From Octopus sinensis (taxonomy: Eukaryota), in NCBI RefSeq assembly GCF_006345805.1, contig NC_042999.1, positions 59,086,001-59,150,000 of the forward strand: a stretch of DNA of 64,000 nucleotides, read 5' to 3'. Made by a program: the position numbers and the translations under genes. The notes beneath the pieces are model-generated. The model made no database searches, was not told the origin of the DNA, and saw nothing but the letters and a program-made list of their open reading frames with translations. Shown here piece after piece: positions 1 through 11,173 of this stretch. Every line of letters begins with the position of its first letter. Position 1 is the stretch's first letter.

Positions 1-376
1 TTTTTACGTCATCCAAGGAATCTAAATTTTTACCATTAAGACTATTCTGCAGAGACCTGAATAAGTGGAAATCCGAAGGAGCAATATCTGGTGAATATGG
101 AGGGCGGGGTAACACATCCCAGTCGAGCTGCAGCAATTTTGTCTGGTTCTCAAAGTATCAAGTGCCAAAAATGAACTTTCTTATCTTCCATTTAAAAGGG
201 TTACAGAATTAACACAGGTTATAGGAACATAAACCTTCTTCCAAGAAAAGAAAGCTTAAACTGTGCTCTAAATGGAGGTGTAGTCAAATCCTATTTTATG
301 GACTCAACCATGTTCTAAAATAAGTCGAAATGGTAAGCTACTGTAAATCGGCACGAACTTTCCGGACAACCCAATA
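1..376 (-). mobile_element. Mariner transposon remnant, internally deleted, cut by window start
   Basis: Minus strand of ~20-100 reads PPYSPDIAPSDFHLFRSLQNSLNGKN (mariner YSPDLAP motif). Mariner-type terminus TATTGGGTTGTCCGGAAAGTT ends at 376. Confidence 0.8.
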
Positions 377-593
377 GTTTAGTCATAACAACCATTGGTA
401 TTTCCAGATATTGTGGATCTAAAGCTACCCCACCCGGGCAATTCTTCCTGGTTAAAACAGGAGGATGTGATTTGAGAAGGTTTCATTTGCAACTACACGC
501 AAGGAAATCGAACTTGTACGTGTCTAATTGTTGGTATGTGAGAGCAAAAGGAAAATAGAGATGATATGTGTGATGCAAATGAAAGCTGGAAAC

Positions 594-759
594 GGAGTGG
601 CTGTGTGGTATGTAGCTTGCTTACGAACCACATAGTTCCGGGTTCAGTCCCACTGCGAGGCACCTTTGGCAAGTGTCTTCTACTATAGCCTCGGGCCGAC
701 CAAAGCCTTGTGAGTGGATTTGGTAGACGGAAACATAAAGAAGCCCGTCGTATATCTAT

Positions 760-848
<89 letters not shown>

Positions 849-856
849 CCTCTCTC

Positions 857-929
<73 letters not shown>

Positions 930-1140
930 TTTCGTGTCTGTGTTTATCCCCCCAACATCGCTTGACAACCAATGCTGGTGTGTTTACGTTCCCGTAACTT
1001 AACGGTTTCGGCAAAAGAGACCGATAGAATAAGTACTAGGCTTACAAAGAATAAGTCCTGGGGTCGATTTGCTCGACTAAAGGCGGTGCTCCAGCATGGC
1101 CACAGTCAAATGATTGAAACAAGTAAAAGAGTAAAGAGAG
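594..1140 (+). mobile_element. SINE family A (tRNA-derived head, central microsatellites, AAGAGT-type tail)
   Basis: A-box TGGCTGTGTGGT, B-box-like GGTTCAGTCCC and a CORE-like CCTTGGGCAAGTG segment. Internal (CTAT)n/(TA)n/(TG)n. Same head and tail recur many times in the window. Confidence 0.9.
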
Positions 1141-1396
1141 TAAAACTTGAAGATTGAAATAAATACGTCTGGCCGGTAAATTTTCTCCTGATCCACTAAC
1201 CATTGCGTTCCCTATAAATATACACGTCTTCACCGAGGTTCTATTTTTTTTTCAAAATCTATTTGTATAAATTGGAATTCCGGTGCATCAGCTTATTTCA
1301 TAAGAATATTCTAGTTTTGTTTTTCATTTGAATTTGATGCACTGTTTTGTCCATATAATGTATGTTTTACAAATATTATCTTTTATTTGTGTTGGT

Positions 1397-1596
1397 CATT
1401 TGACTTCGGCTAATCGAACGCAGAGACTCCGATTTATGTTTTAAGCCATGTACTTATATTATTGCTCTCCGCCACCAAACCCTTAAGTCATTTGACTTCG
1501 GCTATGCTGGGGCATCATCTTTCAGGGCATAATCGAACGTATTTCTGTTTTAAACCATGTACTTATATTATTGCTCTCCGCCGCCAAACCCTTAAG
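1397..1596. repeat. Diverged tandem duplication, units of ~90-110 bp
   Basis: TCATTTGACTTCGGCTA...CCATGTACTTATATTATTGCTCTCCGCC(A/G)CCAAACCCTTAAG occurs twice in tandem. Confidence 0.7.
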
Positions 1597-2056
1597 ATAC
1601 AGCGACGTAATCAAGCTAACACCATTTGTCAAGTTGTGTTCTGTTGGGGAACAAACACAAACGCAGACACATACATACATCAGCACACACACACACACCA
1701 CACACACACATACACACACACACACACACTCACACACACGTACTACTAGTCGATTAATTAGAAATATTTTACTTTCCACTTTAAATACGATAGCACTTAC
1801 TTCACATTTTACAATCATGATATATTAGTGTTAGACTATTTAATGTAGGGAGCTTTAAAAGACTTAACTAGACAAAATCAGACGAAGAAGGGAAAAATAA
1901 TCAATATTAATGAGTTATACTTGCATGGCGAGTGAAATTTAAAATGGCGGTGTGCTGCAAATGAAACAGTTAAGTTGTACAATAACTACATCAGCCATGT
2001 AAAACACAAAATCTGTTATGATTAATTTAGATTTATTTCTTGCGCTGCAACACTTT

Positions 2057-2102
2057 GTATTTCTGATAAAACTAACCAGATGGTTAGTTTTATCAGAAAT
2101 AC
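2057..2102. repeat. Perfect 21-bp inverted repeat with 4-nt loop
   Basis: GTATTTCTGATAAAACTAACC-AGAT-GGTTAGTTTTATCAGAAATAC. Confidence 0.95.
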
Positions 2103-2329
2103 GTCAGTTATTAGTGTTTTAGTGGTGTGGTAAATAATTTTACACTTCATGTAAGAAAAGAAAGTGTATTTTCACTGATGTTATGAGCGTGGTTTTGTGG
2201 TAAGAAGTTTCTTTCCAGACCACCTAGTTTCGGATTCAGACTTATTGTCTTCTAATATAGCCTTCTCGACGTAAATCTTGTGAGTTGACTGGTAGAAGGA
2301 AAGTGAAAGACATCTATCATATATATATA

Positions 2330-2360
<31 letters not shown>

Positions 2361-2361
<1 letters not shown>

Positions 2362-2620
2362 CGTGATCACGTGACCGACCAGTCCATCAGATGTAGTTAC
2401 ACATTGCTGGTCACAATGCGTTCACATTGTTTTAGCCTTCGAATGACGTCACCCCGCTGGCTAAGCGAGCAGGCCAACAGAAGAAAGAGTGGGAGAAAGA
2501 GTGGTGAAAGAGTACAGCAGGTATCACCGCCCCCTGCCGGAGCCTCGTGGTGTTTTCGCTCAATAAACACACACAACGCCCGCGAGTCCGCTGCCCTAAC
2601 CACTGGGCCATTGCGCCTCC

Positions 2621-2621
<1 letters not shown>
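2361..2621 (-). mobile_element. SINE family C, tail type 1, with internal deletion of the B-box
   Basis: Head GGAGGCGCAATGGCCCAGTGGTTAGGGCAGCGGACTCG matches the copies at 37518 and 57191. About 32 bp containing the B-box is missing. Flanked by (TA)n on both sides. Confidence 0.85.
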
Positions 2622-2709
<88 letters not shown>

Positions 2710-2719
2710 CATATATATA

Positions 2720-3119
2720 CTCTTTACTCTCTTTTTGCTCTTTTACTTGTTTCAGTCATTTGACTGCGGCCATGCTGGACCACCGCCTTTAGTCGAGCAA
2801 CTCGACCCCAGGACTTATTTTTTGGAAGCATAGTACTTATTGTATCAGTCTCTTTTACTGAACCGCTAAGTTGCGGGGACGTAAACACACCAGCATCGGT
2901 TGTCAAGCGATGTTGGGGGGATAAACACAGACATACAAATATATACACACACATACAAACATACATACGTACATACATACATACATATATACATACATAT
3001 ATATATATAATTAGTGAATGGAAGAAATGGAGTTGAACGAAGATTGTACAGAATTCCTTTTATTACATTCTACACATGTTTCAAAGGCCACAAGAAAATT
3101 CATCTTTCCATTTCAACAA

Positions 3120-3159
<40 letters not shown>

Positions 3160-3176
3160 GCACACAGACACACACA

Positions 3177-3231
<55 letters not shown>

Positions 3232-3432
3232 TATATATATATATATATATAATATATATATATATTATATATACGACAGTCGTCTTTCAGTTTCCGTCTG
3301 CCAAATCCACTCACAAGGCTTTGGTCGGCCCGAGGCTATAGTAGAAGATACTTGCCCAAGTTGCCACACAGTGGGAATGAACCCGGAACCATTCGTAAGC
3401 AAGCTACGTACTACACAGCCACTCCTGTGCCT
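2720..3432 (-). mobile_element. SINE family A with a foreign fragment nested in its central microsatellite
   Basis: Tail half at ~2720-2940 and head half at ~3275-3432, separated by microsatellites and the 3011-3095 fragment. Confidence 0.85.
3011..3095 (-). mobile_element. Diverged fragment of the outer end of the 30.1/31.2-kb inverted-arm family
   Basis: TTAGTGAATGGAAGAAATGGAGTTGAACGAAGATTG...CATTCTACACATGTTTC aligns with ~30141-30212. Keeps GAAAC-AT-GTGTA but lacks the CTGANGA core. Confidence 0.8.
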
Positions 3433-3859
3433 AAAATTTTGAACAGGTAGAACCAGATGCGCTGAGGAAGATAGATAGATAGATAGGTGTGTCGGTTTGT
3501 GTTTGCGTCTGTGCTTGTACCTCACCGTTGCTTGACAACCAGTGGTGGTGTGTTTACAAAAGTTAGCGTTTTTGCCAAAAAATACTGACACAATAAATAC
3601 GAGACTTAAGAAAACTAACTGGGGGCTATTCATTCGGGTAAAATACTACAAAGTTGTTTTCCAGCCGCAGTCTAATGTGTGAAAGAAGTAAAAGATGAAA
3701 GATAAAAAAATTCGATGATATTTTTTGTTTCCTTTGATCCCTCGGACGCATAGGGCCGGTTACACCATTCTCATGGCGCATAAGTGATGAAAATCACAAC
3801 AACCCCGGGACGGGACGCAAGTTCCTGGGAAGGTCTAAGGCTAGTAGTTTTGTGGCACG

Positions 3860-4025
3860 AGATTATTCTATTATATAGACTTCGTTGATTGACGGCAACT
3901 TTATTTTAGCGACCTGGTAAAATTGACCTGGACAGGATTTGAACTCAGAAAACGAAGCACCAGAAGAAATGCATTTCGGACATTTTATCCAACGCGCTAA
4001 CGATTCTCTCAGTCCTCCGACTTGG
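3860..4025 (-). mobile_element. Diverged SINE family B-like copy
   Basis: GGATTTGAACTCAGAA and CGCGCTAACGATTCT match the reverse complement of the family B head. Confidence 0.55.
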
Positions 4026-4432
4026 TGATAAATACAATCTTGCATATTTCACTAAGTGAAGAAAATAATTCCAGACATGTTTGAGATTTAGTAGATCTGA
4101 AATCACTAATGCATTCTGTAAGTAATTCCTACGAAGTCGAGAGCGGAACAGCAATCAGAAACAGAGAAAAAATGAGTTGACTAAACGTGCCATATTCCCC
4201 AGGTTATTGAAGTATGCATTCTGGGATGAATTATTTAGTCTGTTCGAGTTATATTTTTCTATTCGTATAATAATCACATTTACATTTAAAATGAAATATA
4301 GGAATATTAATCCCACGTTAGCATTCAATTAGAACAATATTTAACCTACCCCGGAAGGATTACGTTACAGCTAGCAGCTATGGGATTTGCGCTCTGACCG
4401 TAAAGGACAGTGGCTAAATATTTCAACTCATA

Positions 4433-4647
4433 TCTCTTTTGACTCTCTTTTACTTGTTTCAGTCATTTGACTGCGGTCATGCTGGAGCACCGCCTTTTGT
4501 CGAGCAAATCGACCCCGGGACTTATTCTTTGTAAGCCCAGTACTTATTCTATCGGTCTCTTTTGCCGAACCGCTAAGTGACGGGGACGTAAACACATCAG
4601 CATCGGTTGTCAAGCAATGCTAGGGGGACAAACACAGACGCACAAAT

Positions 4648-4680
<33 letters not shown>

Positions 4681-4830
4681 CATATATACGACAGGCTTCT
4701 TTCAGTTTCCGTCTACCAAATCCACTCACAAGGCATTGGTCGGCCCGGGGCTATAGTTAGAAGACACTTGCCCAAGATGCCACGCAGTGGGACTGAACCC
4801 GGAACCATGTGGTTGGTTAGCAAGCTACTT
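4433..4830 (-). mobile_element. SINE family A, 3' portion, interrupted by the Tx1 LINE
   Basis: High-identity family A sequence stops at CAAGCTACTT (4821-4830). The missing first bases resume at 10273. Confidence 0.92.
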
Positions 4831-5058
4831 TATTTCATATAATTTGCCATTTAGGCATTTACAAAGAGGGGACAAACAAGGACAGACAAATATGAAGAGT
4901 GAAGTAGCTTAACACAGTTACAATTTTCGAATGAAATTACGGATAAGATTATAAACAATGAATTTTACGAAGGCAATGTTTAAAAATATTAATGATCATG
5001 TCGAAGGACGGACACCCAGCCATCCGGGTAGAACCTTTACTTTCTGATCCGGTCACAC

Positions 5059-8000
5059 TTACCTGGTGCCAAACATACCCATCTTGTATGCCACAGGCTT
5101 CCATCTTTTCGCAAACATATCTCGTGACAGACACCTCTTCTCCAGCCTGATTTTGCTACTGAGGTGGTAACTAAAAAAGTTAATCAACCCCTGGCCGGAG
5201 ACAAAGGTGCCTGTCACTATACCTTTCGTACGCGTCTTCCATACTGTTTCTTTCAGTATGGCTACTACACAGAAAAAACAAGCCTTTAATTCCCTGTTAA
5301 GGAAAGGGGGCGGCACAGTCTCGATGATAGACTCAGCTGATAGCTGTACTCTTCCCATCACTGACAACAGTTGTTCAACAAAAGCTATGAGTCCCGATAA
5401 CTCCGGACACTCCACGAATGCGTGCAAGACGGTCTCCCTATCCTGCTCACATCGCGGGCATGTCGGCGAGACGGCACTGCCGTGCCTTGACAGCTTGTCG
5501 CGAACAGGTAAAGCCGCACGGAAACACTGCCAGGCCAGGGATTTCTGGTAATTATCCAGATACCCCGGCCCGAACGTCCTCCGGAACAGGTTGACCAACT
5601 GATTTTCATCGTAGCCCAGGGTCTCCCCAAGGCGTATTCGGACTTAATCTCCACTAACCCGCTATAGAAATCCGTGGTGGAACTCCTGTTGCCGGCGTTG
5701 CCCACCGGAGATAGTAGCTGGGGCGCCTGACGGCACTCCAGATGCCATTCACTCAGTTTAGGTCTCCGCTTGATCCATGCACGGATGTCCGTTAGGGATG
5801 TTAACTGGGGAAGGTAGAACCGGACGTGCGGTGACCTCACCTGCTCTCCATCCAGGTAAAGCCAGAGGTGCCTCAACCTTAACGCGAGTTTTCGCATCCT
5901 CAGCCAAGGCATCCCTAGCCCACCCTTTAGCGGTTTCTGGCAGCAGACAGAGCGCTTTACAAGTGGCTTTCCACCTTTCCACAAAAATCGGAAAAGGATT
6001 CTCTCCAACTTGTTCAGCCACAAATCGGGGCAAGGCACCACGGTCAGACGGTAGGTGATTACTGATGCTATAAACATCTGCACCACCTCCGCCTTCCCTA
6101 GCAGGGATAACGCCCGCCAGACCAGGTCTGGGTTAGAGCGGTCACCTTGTTGGCCACCTCACTCCAATTTTTCTCAATCTGGAGGTCTGGCCCGAACCAG
6201 ACTCCGAGCAGCTTAACAGGACCTTCCGTCCAACGCCCTACGACGTTATTGGACGGCATCGGCTTGCCCCTCCAGGTGCCGAGTTACAAACCGACCGACT
6301 TGTCCTTGTTAACCTTTGCTCCTGCCACCGCCTCGTAGCTTTTGATGGCCTCTTCCACCACTGGAAGCTGGCCTTCGTCTGCCACGATGATGGAGGTGTC
6401 ATCCGCATACGCCGTAGCTCCTCTTCCACACCATAGATCATGCGGCGCGCCCCCTAGTGCCTCCAACTTCCGCAGCAAAGGCTCAAGAGCCAATACGTAT
6501 AGGAGCGAGGACAGGGGACACCCTTGACGAACTGAACGCTCGATCCTGAACGGCTTCGAAAAGGAACCGTTCACTTTGACTACAGACTCGATGTCGCTAT
6601 ACAAAGCAGCGATCCAACCTCGAAAGGTCGGGCCAAGGCCAGCCTCTCCGAGTACCGCCGCCAGGTACCGATGGTCGACCCTATCAAATGCTTTGGACTG
6701 GTCTAAATGTACCAGTGCTCCCCCTGCGCCAGAAAGCTTCCCCACCCTCTCTAAGGAGTAGCGTATAAGGTGGAGATTGTCGTGGATCGTTCTGCCGGGG
6801 ATAGCGCACGTTTGCGCTTCCCCGACAAGTTTGTCCACGACCCGCGCCAACCTTTTTGCTAGCACCTTGGCCAGAATCTTTAACTCTGTGTTTAACAGAG
6901 TTATGGGCCTGAAGTTCCCTATCTCGTCCCCCTTGTTCGGGTCCTTCCTGATCAACGTCACCGCCCCCCGGCTCGCAGACTTGGGAATTCTCCATTCTGC
7001 TGCCAGTTGGCGTAGACGCTAGCCAGCAAGTGCCCGAACAAGTCTGGCATACTTCTATAAAATTCATAGGGCAGACCATCGAGACCCGGCGACTTCTCCC
7101 CGGGGCACTTGCCCAACACCTCGATTACTTCCTCGGCTGTGATTGGCCCTTCACAGCACTCAGCCTCTCGTGTCGAGAGGCGCGGGCCACCAGACAGGAA
7201 GTCCCTAAGGGCCTCACCATGATCCAGCGTCCCGCACCTCCCGAACAACTCGGCGAAGTGCTTGTGAAGTGCCTCACACATCTCGTCCCGCTTCTTGATC
7301 GTGCATCCGTTTTCATCAACAAGAGACCCAATTGTGGCATCGTTTCCACGCTGTGTTTCTATCGTACGGGCCCATCCGGCAACATTAATTCCCTCACGGC
7401 CCAATGCTCGTACTTTAGCCCGGACTCTACATCCCTCATGTTTGGTTTTGAGGTGACAGTCTAATGCCGTTCTCGCCGCTAAAATGTGAGATGCAGAGCC
7501 CAACCTCAACGCCTCCTCTAAGTTCTTAACTAATTGCCCTTCTATTCTAGCCCTATCTAGTCTTAGTTGTTTACTAAATCTAATGGACTCGAATCGAATG
7601 GCTCTTTTGAGGGTGAACCACCACCGGTTATTAACCACGGCTCCGGTTAACGCCCTCTGCACTAACACCTTAATCCGGCTACGGTATGCCTCGCGTGTCA
7701 AAATAGACTTGTTCAGCTTCCAGTAGCCGGTTCCTATCTTAAGTGTGCTATCTATGTCCAGTCTACACGTGACTATTCTATGGTCAGTATAGGGCACCTG
7801 GACGAGCTGTGGACAACTAAAACTAGACTTATCTCTAGTTCTTATCACTATCCTGTCTAGATAAGACTTGAACCTTCCGTCGCCACTCATCCAGGTCCAC
7901 TCTGGGACGTTCGCATGGTCAAGTCTGTAACGATCTGCTAGCTGAAACCGCTTAAGCAGATCCACGAGACGTGAGTTCACTTTCCTATAGATCGAGCCAA

Positions 8001-8457
8001 CGCTATCGATGTGTACGTCAACGATAGCATTAAAGTCCCCTAATATCACTAAAGTCTTCGACGTCACGAGAAAGCCCTCTAGGCACCGATAAAAATCAGT
8101 TTGGAAACCTCTAGCACAAGGTGCATAGAGTCCGTTCAACCTGAAGGCCTTACTGCTGTATGTCATATCAAGGACGACCAGCCCACCTTCTGGCTCTACA
8201 TAGACTGAACTTGTCTGTAGAGCCAAGTCTTTACGGATCAGTACCACTACGCCCCCTCGCCCTCCGGTCTGGCCAGGAGACATGATTTTCTCGTAGCCAT
8301 TCAGGAGAGGCGAGAAGGTTTGTAGGCTGTCCAGCTTGGTCTCTGTAGCAACCATCACATGTATATCATGTGATCTGAGGTCGTCGAGGAAACAAGCCTG
8401 CTTCCACTTCGAACTCAGACCACGCACATTTAAACAACCAAGGTTAAGCGAAGCCAT
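5059..8457 (-). pseudogene. Tx1/L1 ORF2 (AP endonuclease, reverse transcriptase, C-terminal zinc finger), disrupted
   Basis: APE motifs LNVRGL, ATETKL, LGDFN, SYLDRI and YTDH. RT motifs FRPITLLN, LDQSKAFDRVDH, RQGCPLS and YADD. Zinc finger CPRC...ETVLHAFVECP. Frameshifts near 6990, 6115 and 5620, and an in-frame TAA at 6284. Confidence 0.95.
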
Positions 8458-8474
8458 TACAAAAAGTAAAAGTT

Positions 8475-9830
8475 CTACTTACATTTCGTTGGAGAGGTGG
8501 GGGCCGACCTCACCACACGTTTGTGGGCCCCTTCTTTCTCCTCTTTCTTCAGATAGTCCGGCAAGTTCGCGACATGCCGGATGGCGTTTGGGTGTCTGTC
8601 TTTTAATTGTTTGAACGTTGTTTCCGCAATCCACGCGTGTCTATTTCGATCTTTGTATTTGTTGTACAGTCTTGCTGACTGATGCTGAACCACAATATCG
8701 TTTATGTATTTGTCTTGTGTGTCGAATTCAATTAATATGAGTTCATTTTCTTTTTTGTCTTCTTTTTCGGGGCCAGTTGAGCGGGATTTTTTTTCCCTGT
8801 CTGTGGTGTGTCTTTGTTTTTATTATTTTTTGTAGGGGATGTGGACGGGGATGCTGCACGAATTCTTTTACGAACTGGTGTAAATCCCCCCTCTGATACC
8901 TCCATGGTATCGTCTGGGGTAGCAATAGTTTGTTCGGTAGGCGCCGCAGTTTTTAGGGGGGTGGGAGGTTTTAATAGTGTAGGGGTTTGTGAGTGCGAGG
9001 GCTGGGTTTTTTCTTCAGTCTGTTTTGGGGTTGGCACCGTAACAGCAGGAGTGGGATTTTTTGTTTTTGTAGGGGTAGGTGTGTTTGCAAGGGTAGGGAC
9101 TTTTTTATTATCTGAGGGGCCTGGTGTCTGCTGTTTCTTTTGCTTGTCTGGACAGTCTACACGAATGTGGCCCTTTTTGCCGCAGGCGTAACAGGTGGGT
9201 TTTCGGCCTTCGACCTGTACCCTGAGGGCTACGTTCTCGCCCACGAGCACCCTCTCAGGAAGGAGCTGTAGGTCCCCCGCTGTTCCTTGAATTAATATAT
9301 TAATGTTACGCCCGAGCCAAAATCGAGGGGTAGAGCATGTTACTTCTAGTATTTTTATTTTGTCCGCCCTTTTATATAATAGGGCGGCCACTACCTCTAC
9401 CGGATCTACTTCCGGCGGGGCTTCTACAATCCTGACCCGGGACGTCCTGCGTCCCCTATAGCTTGGAAAAAGTACCACCTCCTTGGTTTTTAGGGGGTTT
9501 ACAGAATGCCCGCGGGCCATTTCTTCCCCCGAGAAGCGGACATCCACAGTGCCATATGCCCGTCCCCTGGCGACGTACACGATGTCCTTCCAAATCGGGG
9601 ACAGGCATTTCTCGATGGTACTTTTTTCAAAGTGTTTGAAACTTCTGCTTTGTGGATAGAAAGTTTTAAACACTACGGTCCGCTTCTCGGTCTCCACGAT
9701 ACTGGCGGAGGGTGATATTTTAACATCACCACGCTCCTCTTGCATTTTTTTAAATAGCTCGACGAGCTGATTGACATCGATGTCAATTTTCTCGGTAGCC
9801 ACTGCGGCTACCTCAGAAATTTTTTAACAT
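8475..9830 (-). pseudogene. Tx1/L1 ORF1 (gag-like, CCHC zinc knuckle, Pro/Thr/Lys-rich linker), with two A-run frameshifts
   Basis: ORF 8732..9802 contains CYACGKKGHIRVDC. A -1 shift in the A8 run at 8787-8794 joins it to the open frame ending at 8475. An ATG at 9830 is one base out of frame across an A6 run. Confidence 0.85.
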
Positions 9831-10272
9831 TGCTCTCCTCAAGAGCACTACTTTCGTGAATAATTTCAACAGACATTATTCTGTTGAAATTAGACAACAC
9901 AAAAATTACGAGTATTGGTTTCCCACAAAACTGGGAAACCTATAGAAAGTTTTTCTTCCAAAGTAGTTCAAAAAAGCAGTTCAAAAATTCCAATTCCCAC
10001 CCCCATTCGGGGGAGGGGCACGAAAATAGTCTGGCAGGACTATATATAGTCACGTAAATAAAAAGTCACAATGGCTAACAGTTCAACGGTAAGAAATTAT
10101 TCAATTATTTCCCGGTAAAACCGGAGAACAAGACAGTTCAGCAACGTTTAAAGGCAAATTTTCAGTAGTAGGAATTCAACAATTAACAACACAGCAAAAC
10201 TCTTACCGGGAAGAAAACGCGTCCAAACCGTAGTACGGTAAGCAAAGTCACTCTTCTGTCAGTGAGGTTAGA

Positions 10273-10300
10273 CAAGCTACTTACCACACAGCCACTCCTG
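10273..10300 (-). mobile_element. 5' start of the SINE A copy split by the Tx1 LINE
   Basis: CAAGCTACTTACCACACAGCCACTCCTG is the reverse complement of the family A head. Confidence 0.9.
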
Positions 10301-10714
10301 TGTCCGTTATATTAATAATTCAGCCCACCACCATTATTTCTTCACTTTAATATACGTAACCTGAGCAAGTTTAAATTCTATGTAAGATGTCTGACAAATG
10401 AAACCATAGAAAATATATTTCAATCAAGTCTGTGTAACTTATTCTTTGTTTTCTTTTAAAAGGTTTTTACGAAATTATCAGATGTCAGAGGTAAATATAC
10501 CTATTATGTATTACTAACCACTGTTCTACACATTTCTCTTTCTTTCTCTCCTCTCCCCGGTTGTCTTTAGATTCGCCATCATGTCAGTTACAGATATTAG
10601 ATATAATGGGGAACAAATCGCTACTTCCGGCCTGCCTAACAGGTATATTTGTGCATCAAAACAGTTTATACGCGCGCACACGCATGCACACATGTATGTA
10701 TACATACATTTAAA

Positions 10715-10756
<42 letters not shown>

Positions 10757-10860
10757 ATACATACATTTATACGTATAGGTACATATATGTACCTATACAT
10801 ATATGCATATGTACATATATATACACACATATACATATATATATATGTGTGTGTGTGTGC

Positions 10861-10921
<61 letters not shown>

Positions 10922-11125
10922 TGTGTGTGTGTGTGTGCGTGCGTGTATATATATATTATATATATATATATAACAGTTTTGCTAAGTAAAGAGTCACTTC
11001 TTGGAGGTCAAAGGAGATTTATAATCTAAGTAGTTAAAGGCCGAAACGCTTGTAGCATGAAAAGTATAATTTCGATATCGTCGGAAAGGAAACCTTTGTT
11101 GAAAGCCACTGCATGAACATCATAC

Positions 11126-11173
<48 letters not shown>

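Larger units (their letters stand above)
4831..10272 (-). mobile_element. Full-length Tx1/L1-clade non-LTR retrotransposon (~5.4 kb), inactivated copy
   Basis: ~450-bp 5' UTR, zinc-knuckle ORF1, APE-RT-CCHC ORF2 and ~230-bp 3' UTR. TSD CAAGCTACTT at 4821-4830 and 10273-10282. Confidence 0.95.

Noticed and set aside
2057-2115. Helitron 3' hairpin
   Set aside because: The stem is AT-rich and long, and no CTRR terminus follows it.
5207-9715. Plus-strand ORFs over the Tx1 element
   Set aside because: They are antisense shadows of GC-rich LINE coding sequence with no recognisable motifs.
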